26,703 nucleotides of DNA, from IMG/VR virus record IMGVR_UViG_3300028042_000004. The stretch is one strand, 5' to 3'. The notes beneath the pieces were generated by a model, which worked only from the letters and a program-made list of their open reading frames with translations, ran no database searches and was not told where the DNA came from. Origin of the DNA: a virus. A program made the position numbers and the translations under genes. Below, in pieces: positions 7,564 through 15,299 of the stretch (the stretch's first letter is position 1; every line of letters starts with the position of its first letter).

Positions 7564-9245
7564 TATATCAATTTATATTTATAAAATAGTGGGTATACAT
7601 AAGCTGAACTGTGTCCAGAAACTCCAACAGGAGCGCTTCCATATTTAAAATCACCACTAATAACATCACTACAAAAATCCCCAGCTCCTTTGCTAAAAGC
7701 ATACCTCCTATGATAAGACCTTCTAAATTTTATATCGTCTGGATCGCTATCTTTAGGAGGAAAAGATGCTACCCTTTCATAATGTACCGTCATATTATCA
7801 GTATCATACGCTGTGGCCATATGAAATACTGCTATCTGGTATCCACGCTTTTCTGGTACTTCCCAACTAAATGTTATAATAAGATAATGTCCTCCCTCAG
7901 CAAAATGTATACCACGTATTTCTTTATATTTATCTGGGTTAGCAAGGCCTGAAAAGGTTCTCATATTATATGTTGTCTTAGTGAACCCCTCACTAAGTTT
8001 AAATGCTGTTGTTAAACTACATTTATATAATTTAACTGATTCTCTATTAGCTATCCAGAAAGTCAGGCCGTCAGAACTAAAGTAACAGTCCACAGGAGTA
8101 TCGCCGAAATCACCAACAAAATATTTTATATCAGATACATGATACCCATCATAGCCAGTCCCTAAATTATCATAAACCACAAGTCTTGGAGAAGGTGTAT
8201 GTAAACTACCTCCATGATCTTCCTCTATTGTATAATAATGGCTCCCAGTCTCACTCATATAGACAGATCTAAAGTTATGTGGATTTGTTCCAGAAGAGGT
8301 TAAATTTTTTCTTGTTATAAATGTTGTTGTAGCCTCATCAAAATTATAAGGTGTAGCAGAAGTATCATATATATAAACACCAGCATGATCTTTTCCATTA
8401 CTAAATGGATCGGTAGCACTCCAATATTTAGAAAATTCAGTATACCCTAAAACTAATAAGGTACCATTTTTTGCCCAGCAAGTACTCACTGATTTTGGTC
8501 TTCTATCTTCATGTAACGCTTCCCCATAAATAGTAGTATCTACAACAGCAGTACTATTGTCTAAAAACCCTTTATACCAAAGAGTATTCTTTTGTAAATT
8601 AAGGGTATAATCTCTATATGCTGTGAGTGATATTCCTTCAGGTACTTTGAATTTATAGTAAGGCTGTGTAGTTACTGATGCCACATCACTCCACCCTGAA
8701 AATCTATTTAGAGAATCGTGGGCGCGTATTCTTGCTTTGTGTGTTATACATGCTAAAGGTATCTCATAGATATTAGTATTCAGTCCTACAGGATATATTC
8801 TTTTTGATATTCCTGGGTTATTTCTATTATCATAAGAATTATATTCTAACTCATAAAAATCTATAAATGACTCAGGAAATAGTGGATCAGTCTCAGACTC
8901 TGACCATTTAGCATAAATAAACTCATCTTGAGGATCCAAGTGGTATAACCATAAAAGTGGTGTAGTAGGTAATTCTGCTGTAACATCAGTCACTACGCAT
9001 ATAGGATCAAGTCCTCTCCAATCATTTGCCTCACTAGTGGTATCTATTTCTGTAACAAGCTGATTATCAGTTCTTGCTGCAAAACCAGCATCTGACTCAT
9101 CTACCCATACATATTCAGCCACAGTTATTTTTGGCGGGCAATAGTTAGGAGTTCTCCCTAGATTATCTAGTGGCTGCTTTAGATAAAGAATCTTTGCATC
9201 TGCGTCAGCCTGTATCTTCTTTATTGATATTATCTTATCAGCCAT
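7563..9245 (-). CDS. putative virion protein: FN3-like domain plus beta-propeller-like repeats (560 aa)
   Basis: FN3-like segment AKWSE...YELEY...ARIRAHDSLNRFSGWS; blade-like repeats SVYMSETGSHYY, DCYFSSDGLTFWI...LTTAFKLS, GIHFAEGGHYLII...MATAYDTD. Confidence 0.6.
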   Translation of the reverse strand: MADKIISIKKIQADADAKILYLKQPLDNLGRTPNYCPPKITVAEYVWVDESDAGFAARTDNQLVTEIDTTSEANDWRGLDPICVVTDVTAELPTTPLLWLYHLDPQDEFIYAKWSESETDPLFPESFIDFYELEYNSYDNRNNPGISKRIYPVGLNTNIYEIPLACITHKARIRAHDSLNRFSGWSDVASVTTQPYYKFKVPEGISLTAYRDYTLNLQKNTLWYKGFLDNSTAVVDTTIYGEALHEDRRPKSVSTCWAKNGTLLVLGYTEFSKYWSATDPFSNGKDHAGVYIYDTSATPYNFDEATTTFITRKNLTSSGTNPHNFRSVYMSETGSHYYTIEEDHGGSLHTPSPRLVVYDNLGTGYDGYHVSDIKYFVGDFGDTPVDCYFSSDGLTFWIANRESVKLYKCSLTTAFKLSEGFTKTTYNMRTFSGLANPDKYKEIRGIHFAEGGHYLIITFSWEVPEKRGYQIAVFHMATAYDTDNMTVHYERVASFPPKDSDPDDIKFRRSYHRRYAFSKGAGDFCSDVISGDFKYGSAPVGVSGHSSAYVYPLFYKYKLI

Positions 9246-9248
9246 ACT

Positions 9249-11192
9249 TTATTGCTTTTTAAATACTATTTCTTCTAGTCTTTTCAGTCTTTCTTCTAGC
9301 TCTCTATTTTTATTCTTAACCTCTACTAACTCTTTAACAAGTAATCCAGTATAATCTACTGCTTTAAATCCATCAGAACCTTCTTTAACAAGCTCTGGAG
9401 AAGATATCTCAACTTCTTGCGCTATTGCACCGTAGTGTTTTATTTTCTTAATGTCTTTCTTAAATGTATATGTTACAAACGTATCATCTAAGTGCACTAT
9501 ATTCTCTTTTAATCTCTCATCAGAGGATTCGAAAAAGCTTGTAGCAGTTACAACATCTTCAAATACTCCAGCCCCATTTACAGCAAGTGTTTCTGCTTTG
9601 GCGTTAGGTACATTTATAGCATATCCTAATTGTAATCTACTATTAATTATTGAGGCTGTAGATTGATCTTTTCCTGCAAGCCAAAAGTGACTTCCAGCAG
9701 AGTCATGTGCCCTTAGTACTGGAAGCTCGTCAGTTGTCCCAAATATACTAGTATTTGACCACACACCTAAATCTATATAAGTATTTTTTGCACCTACATT
9801 AGCTGCCCTAAGCATTCCAATAGCCCCATTAGTTGGAACTACTCCTTCATTGGACGCATATAAAACTGTTCCCCCTGTTATGCTATCTTTAAATTCTCCT
9901 TTTTTAGAATATATCTTAAGGTACTTTTTAGTAGCACTACCTAAATTTACTACTCCATGTGTTGTAGGAATAATATCTCCAGTAAGAGCTGCTGTACCAG
10001 TAAGAGGTATAAAATTACCACTGCTTCCCAAAGATGCTGGATCAATAAGTGCACCGTTTGCCTGTAATAAATACGTTGGATGTGTTTGATCATTTGTTTT
10101 AAAACTTGCTGCATCTACAATACCAGAAAACGCTCCAGAAGAAGCATCTAAAGATGATCCATATATCCATTTAAATCTATACTGATCGCTACCTAGACTT
10201 CTTGAATTATTACTACTAGGAATAATATTTCCAGCTAAAGCAGATGTTCCTGTTAGTGGTATATATGGATGGGTATGCGCAATAGGAGCTGGTTGAGACC
10301 CTGTAAGATTGCCCCAAGACGTGCTATGTGGATTATTTGTATTTATTACGTGAGCATGTCCAACACCTCCATCAAAAGCAGATCCTGTAGTTGTACCTAT
10401 TACAAGGCTCGCACTAATCTCAACATAAGCTGAACCACTCCATCTCCATGTTTTATTGTTATCTGTTGTCACATATATAATACCAGAAGCTCCTGTAGGT
10501 GGTAAAGCTGCAAAATTAGCAAATTCCTGTACCTCGTCTACATAACTAGGTAGCTGACTCTGAGGGACTTTTCCAGACCCATCAAGTGAAGCATATCCAT
10601 TAGTTGCTCCTTTGTTTACTTTATCCTCTTTAGCATTAAGAGCAGTTTGAAGGCTAGTTACATCTCCTATAACATGTGTATGAGATGCCGCTGCTCCTCC
10701 TACATCACTTAAAGTAACAGAGTGAGGGTTGCCAGTAGTAACACCAGAATGTGTAAATGCTGAATCCCAATTATTAATATCAATTGGAGCAATCCCATCA
10801 AGCAATGTTTTATTAGCATGAGAGTGTAAGCTTGTTAAATCAGGTGTCCCTGTAATTTCTGAATAAATAACATTATGTGGATTACCGATAGTAACACCAC
10901 TATGAGTATGTGCTGCATCCCAGTTAGATATATCTACTGCAGCAATACCGTCAAGTAGCACTTTATTAGCGTGTGAATGCAGAGATGTTAAATCAGGCTT
11001 ATCAGTAAGATCAGCATATAATACACCGTGTGGATTACTAGTATTATTTAAATGACTATTCCACGCAGCTATACTTAGTTGTCCTAATGCAACAAGCTCA
11101 TGAGTACCAACAGCATTAGCAGCAGTAACAGTCCCAGTAAATGTACCTAATCCTGTAACATTTATATCGGTTAATATTTTTTTAACAGCCAT
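9249..11192 (-). CDS. tail fibre with His-rich repeats and C-terminal peptidase S74 intramolecular chaperone
   Basis: S-D-E-R-L-K-E-N-I...G.IAQEV...PELV...VDY plus terminal coiled coil (about 9249-9524); KG..NGYASLDGSGKVP.SQLPSYVD fibre module; HxH and NPH repeats. Confidence 0.9.
   Translation of the reverse strand: MAVKKILTDINVTGLGTFTGTVTAANAVGTHELVALGQLSIAAWNSHLNNTSNPHGVLYADLTDKPDLTSLHSHANKVLLDGIAAVDISNWDAAHTHSGVTIGNPHNVIYSEITGTPDLTSLHSHANKTLLDGIAPIDINNWDSAFTHSGVTTGNPHSVTLSDVGGAAASHTHVIGDVTSLQTALNAKEDKVNKGATNGYASLDGSGKVPQSQLPSYVDEVQEFANFAALPPTGASGIIYVTTDNNKTWRWSGSAYVEISASLVIGTTTGSAFDGGVGHAHVINTNNPHSTSWGNLTGSQPAPIAHTHPYIPLTGTSALAGNIIPSSNNSRSLGSDQYRFKWIYGSSLDASSGAFSGIVDAASFKTNDQTHPTYLLQANGALIDPASLGSSGNFIPLTGTAALTGDIIPTTHGVVNLGSATKKYLKIYSKKGEFKDSITGGTVLYASNEGVVPTNGAIGMLRAANVGAKNTYIDLGVWSNTSIFGTTDELPVLRAHDSAGSHFWLAGKDQSTASIINSRLQLGYAINVPNAKAETLAVNGAGVFEDVVTATSFFESSDERLKENIVHLDDTFVTYTFKKDIKKIKHYGAIAQEVEISSPELVKEGSDGFKAVDYTGLLVKELVEVKNKNRELEERLKRLEEIVFKKQ
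10722..11036 (-). repeat. intragenic tandem repeat, 153-nt (51-aa) period, about 2 copies
   Basis: NPH at aa 53, 104 and 155; PDLTSLHSHANK.LLDGIA..DI.NWD.A.THSGVT.GNPH repeated. Confidence 0.9.
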
Positions 11193-11236
11193 ATCTTATT
11201 TTTATTATTATTAATTTGTTATTTGAAATAACTTAG

Positions 11237-11268
11237 ACAAATAGGGCCCGATCAAAGACCCTATTCGT
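11237..11268 (-). promoter_or_regulatory. intergenic RNA hairpin (weak terminator or mRNA stability/processing element)
   Basis: Minus strand ACGAATAGGGTC-TTTGATCG-GGCCCTATTTGT, 12 bp including two G-U pairs; no long U tract after it. Confidence 0.6.
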
Positions 11269-11283
11269 AAATTGAATTTTTTA

Positions 11284-12591
11284 TTATCCAATTACAACAC
11301 AAGTCATAGTACCTGCGGTAGTCTGATTTGTATCAATTTGTACATCTGTACCATTACTTGCTTTTTTAATTCCACAAATAACCTCATCTCCAGTTGAATC
11401 TTCGAAGATTTGAACTTGGTATGCAGTATGGCCTAAACCATGCGCTACTGTCCAAGAATCCCCAATTGCTAGTGGGAAACTAACTCTTCTTGCGTTACCA
11501 ATAGTAGACGCAACTCCACCCATAAATTCAGCTTCTAAAGTAGCTTTTAATCTAGAAGGAATAACAACAGAGTTATTATGTGCATCAACACCATTAATAG
11601 TGTTAGCCTCGTTTGATAAATAAACAACACCACGCTTTGTAATAGTTGCATCATCAGCTACTCTTTGTACGATATCCCAGTCAGCCTCTACATTTGGACC
11701 TGTCCCAGCGTTATCATTACCTACAATAAGAGTATCTCCAATTACTACATCTGTAGTAAAGAATGTACCTGCAACAGTAACTACATAGTAATTACCTTTT
11801 ACAAGACCAGCTACTGGTAAAGTAGTATCTAAATCTGGACTGTTTGCAGCAGCATCATAACTACCTTGATAAGCACTGTTACCTGCAATTGATGCATCAA
11901 CATAAGCTTTTACAGCTTTAGTAGTAGAAACCTCTAAATCAGAGTCTCCAGCTAATTGAGTATCATCTTTAATCCAGTCAATATTAGCAACTAAAGCCCC
12001 ACCATTTAATGCAAGGGTATCATATACTAATGTAAGAGGATCGATATAGTTCGCTCCATCAGCGATACCATTTAATTTAAGTTTCTCTTTACCTGTAAAT
12101 AGACCTGCCATGTTATTAGCAGCAATATCTATAATATGCACCTGGTTAAGAGTACCACCATCAGTAAGTGATACAGTGGTAGGAGTATCTCCATCTCCAC
12201 CTGCACCAGCAGCCTGATTATTAGAGATAAGTAAATCAGTCGTTGCTTGAGCATTCTCATCAAGAGCATTTAATTTAATCTTATCATCTTTAGACATAAC
12301 CCCTGCAGCAAGTATTGTTGCTCCTGCGATTGTAGTGTCAGTACCTGTTGACGATGTTACTAATACATCATCAGCACTAGGTGTGTTGTCTAGATCAGTA
12401 TCAGCTACTGCTGAAGTTACCCAGTTAGTTCCGTCATAAACATAAAGTTTATTCTCATCTGATTTGAAGAACATGTAACCAGTTGCCTGTGCTGGCAATG
12501 GTGTTGGGAAACTTGTCCCATTCATGATTCTTGCATTGTTAAGTAGATTACCTGATAGGTTAAGATCTACTAAAAATTTCTTTTCTGCCAT
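11284..12591 (-). CDS. putative tail fibre segment (435 aa), modules F...E
   Basis: N-term MAEKKFLVDLNLSGN; G.MFF.SDENKLYVYDGTNW, AGVMSKDDKIKLN / AGLFTGKEKLKLNGIADGAN and DATITKRGVV fibre motifs; C-term WTVAHGLG...VQIFE domain. Confidence 0.75.
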   Translation of the reverse strand: MAEKKFLVDLNLSGNLLNNARIMNGTSFPTPLPAQATGYMFFKSDENKLYVYDGTNWVTSAVADTDLDNTPSADDVLVTSSTGTDTTIAGATILAAGVMSKDDKIKLNALDENAQATTDLLISNNQAAGAGGDGDTPTTVSLTDGGTLNQVHIIDIAANNMAGLFTGKEKLKLNGIADGANYIDPLTLVYDTLALNGGALVANIDWIKDDTQLAGDSDLEVSTTKAVKAYVDASIAGNSAYQGSYDAAANSPDLDTTLPVAGLVKGNYYVVTVAGTFFTTDVVIGDTLIVGNDNAGTGPNVEADWDIVQRVADDATITKRGVVYLSNEANTINGVDAHNNSVVIPSRLKATLEAEFMGGVASTIGNARRVSFPLAIGDSWTVAHGLGHTAYQVQIFEDSTGDEVICGIKKASNGTDVQIDTNQTTAGTMTCVVIG

Positions 12592-12621
12592 TTTAAAATG
12601 TTTTAAATGTTATATTATTAA

Positions 12622-13038
12622 TTAATTAATTATTGCAACTCCAGTCATCGATACGTTAAAGTCGACTGTTACCGAGTTGTCATCTATATGAGTTACCTCT
12701 GCCTCAACTAAAGCGCCTGCGCTATTAGCTATTTGGACAGCTGGTCTCTTTCCTAAATTGTGTGTAATACTCCACTGCATTAGCGGAGTCGATTGGGTAT
12801 GAATATAATTAGCGTCACCTCCAGTGCCACTACCTACTTCTTCCCAATCTGCGTTGGTATTTCCTTTTAATATATAAAGAGTCTGATCAGCTTCGACAAA
12901 TACCTGCTGCCCTGCTTTAGCTCTTCCAGAAGTAACTAAAGCATCTCTAACAACTGTTGTAGCAGCAATATATCTGTCCCCATCAATCGGGCTGTCATCC
13001 GCTATTCTTACTCCAAAAGGTAAATTAAAATATGCCAT
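12622..13038 (-). CDS. putative tail fibre adaptor (138 aa), modules C-E
   Basis: N-terminal 71 aa match the 13059-14222 protein (47/71 identical by hand count); C-term YIHTQ....QWSITHNLGKRPAVQI domain. Confidence 0.75.
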   Translation of the reverse strand: MAYFNLPFGVRIADDSPIDGDRYIAATTVVRDALVTSGRAKAGQQVFVEADQTLYILKGNTNADWEEVGSGTGGDANYIHTQSTPLMQWSITHNLGKRPAVQIANSAGALVEAEVTHIDDNSVTVDFNVSMTGVAIIN

Positions 13039-13058
13039 GTTATAGTTCTAGTTTATTA

Positions 13059-14222
13059 TTATGAAATTGTTACTACATAGTGTGCTGCGGTTGGGTAACC
13101 ACCACCACCAATTACTGTATCATACTTATCGTATCCAATAGATCCAGAACCACCGTCACTTACAGGCATTGCTGTAATATTAAATGATCCAGTAACATCT
13201 GCATTAGATGACTCTGTATAAGTTATTACTGGTACCCCTACTCCTGCTGGTATATAAAAAGAAATAACTGGGGTGTTAGCTGGTATCATCATTGTAAATG
13301 TTCCAACTGGATAGAATCCTTTGTCTGTCAATGCTCTAACACCTGAAGATGTAGAAGGAGCAGTTCCAACACTGTACCAATATCTGTACTTACCTGTGAT
13401 AATATTAGAATTATCTGACACTGTTCCAGCAACTCTTGCTGCATCATGAGAATGATCTTCAGTACCATCTGATTTATTATACTGCACTGTACCTTCGCTA
13501 TATGATTCAAGAACTGTCCACACATTCGGTCCAGCTAATACTGGTGTGTTAATCGCTCCAGCTGCTGAAATACCTGTACCACTAAATACTGATCCTGTAG
13601 TAGGCCCTGTTAATGGGACATCTGCTACTGGGTTCAATGATTTAATAATACCTGGGTAATACGCTGCTGAACCAGTTTCAGAAATAGTTGAACCTATCTC
13701 TCTAGTTTCAGTAGATACACCATTAAATACAACAGAGTTCACAGAACTTATAATAGGGCTAAGTACTGGCGCTACAATTTGGTTAATAAAGTCTTCTAGA
13801 TTTGATCCTGCTGCGATAGTCTCGCCTGGATCAATATCTCCAGCCCCTACTGTTGCTATAATATCAGTTGGAATAGTTCCACCACCGCCGATAATCTCAG
13901 CAATTGTTTTCCCACTATCCTTAATGATTTTACCAGTAGTTCCGTTATAAATAGCAATGTGTTCATCACCTGCTGTTGCTGGTCCTGTAACGTCTCCGCC
14001 ACCAGATCCTCCTGAGCCAACCTCTGTCCATCCAGCGTTGGTAGCTCCTTTCAATACATATAAAATCTTTTCAGATTCTACATATACTTGTTGTCCTTCT
14101 TTTGCTCTTCCTATTCCTATCAGAGCGTCTCTTGCTGCAAGGTCTACTGCTAAATATCTGTCCCCATCAATTGGATCTGATCCTGCTACTCTTACACCAA
14201 ATGGTAAATTAAAAAATGCCAT
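13059..14222 (-). CDS. putative tail fibre segment (387 aa), modules C-D-B
   Basis: Shares its N-terminus with 12622-13038, the GDVTGP...GKIIKDSG module with 1613-4315, and its C-terminal ~270 aa with 14237-15283 (ITGKYRYWYSVG...GVRAL...GFYPV). Confidence 0.8.
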   Translation of the reverse strand: MAFFNLPFGVRVAGSDPIDGDRYLAVDLAARDALIGIGRAKEGQQVYVESEKILYVLKGATNAGWTEVGSGGSGGGDVTGPATAGDEHIAIYNGTTGKIIKDSGKTIAEIIGGGGTIPTDIIATVGAGDIDPGETIAAGSNLEDFINQIVAPVLSPIISSVNSVVFNGVSTETREIGSTISETGSAAYYPGIIKSLNPVADVPLTGPTTGSVFSGTGISAAGAINTPVLAGPNVWTVLESYSEGTVQYNKSDGTEDHSHDAARVAGTVSDNSNIITGKYRYWYSVGTAPSTSSGVRALTDKGFYPVGTFTMMIPANTPVISFYIPAGVGVPVITYTESSNADVTGSFNITAMPVSDGGSGSIGYDKYDTVIGGGGYPTAAHYVVTIS

Positions 14223-14236
14223 ATCTTATCGTTTTA

Positions 14237-15283
14237 TTAGTTTATTGTTATTATATATGTTGCCTGTGAAGGATATCCCCCACCAGGTATTGTTGTTTCA
14301 AATCTTGAATACGATTTAGGTATTCCTGCCGCATCATCCACATTCATTACTGTTTCAGTAAATGTAGAAGTAACATCAGCATATGAGCTCTCCTTATATT
14401 GAACTGTAATAGATTCTCCAACTGGTAGATAAAAGGCTACCTCAGGAGTACTTATTGGTATTGTGATACTAAACGTTGTGACTGGGTAAAATCCTCTAGT
14501 CACTAAAGCTCTCACGCCCGCAGAGTTTACAGGAATACTTCCAACGCTATACCAGTATCTATATTTACCTGTAATGGTCTCAGACACGTCTGTAACGGCT
14601 CCAGGACCCCTAAGGCCATTTAAATTAGTAGCCACATTTCCCTGACTATCATAATAAGGTGTATTAGTACCAGTAAAGTTCTCTGAAAGGTGCCAATAGT
14701 TTGCCCCTAATATTATATGAGTACTTACAAGACCTAATGATGTGATACCTGTTCCAGTATATGTCTGTCCAGTGCTCGCACCAGTCAACGGCACCACTGG
14801 GTGGCCATCTTTAGATTCAATAAGACCTTTATTATACGTCGCAAACAACTGCTGTGTATACTGTGCCCCAACTTCCATCGTAGCAGCTACAACACCACCA
14901 AGGATAGTATAGTTAGGAAGACTAACAGTAGGCATAATTAATGGGGCGATAAGCTGCTCCACAAGCTCTGTAATATCTGTCCCCATCGGCACTGTCTCTC
15001 CAATCGCAATACCACCAGCATCTACTGAAGCAGTAATAGCTTTAGTAGTCTCACTTGTAGCATCGACAGTCATCTCTGTCCATATAGTCAAGTCAAACGC
15101 ATCCTCTAATCTCCATTTTATACCATTCTCGTCAGTAACCTCCATGTATAGATGTCTCATATACATAGGAAGTGCTTCCTTAGTAGGGTATCCACTCACA
15201 GGTAGGCCAAGACCTACAATATCTGTATCTCTAAGCGGTTTCGGTGCGGGTAGCGTTAAATAATCACTAATCGTAATTGCCAT
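14237..15283 (-). CDS. putative tail fibre segment (348 aa), modules A-B
   Basis: N-term LPAPKPLR module shared with 15300-17846 (36/69 identical by hand count); remainder paralogous to 13059-14222. Confidence 0.8.
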   Translation of the reverse strand: MAITISDYLTLPAPKPLRDTDIVGLGLPVSGYPTKEALPMYMRHLYMEVTDENGIKWRLEDAFDLTIWTEMTVDATSETTKAITASVDAGGIAIGETVPMGTDITELVEQLIAPLIMPTVSLPNYTILGGVVAATMEVGAQYTQQLFATYNKGLIESKDGHPVVPLTGASTGQTYTGTGITSLGLVSTHIILGANYWHLSENFTGTNTPYYDSQGNVATNLNGLRGPGAVTDVSETITGKYRYWYSVGSIPVNSAGVRALVTRGFYPVTTFSITIPISTPEVAFYLPVGESITVQYKESSYADVTSTFTETVMNVDDAAGIPKSYSRFETTIPGGGYPSQATYIITIN

Positions 15284-15299
15284 GTTCTTTTATTTTATA

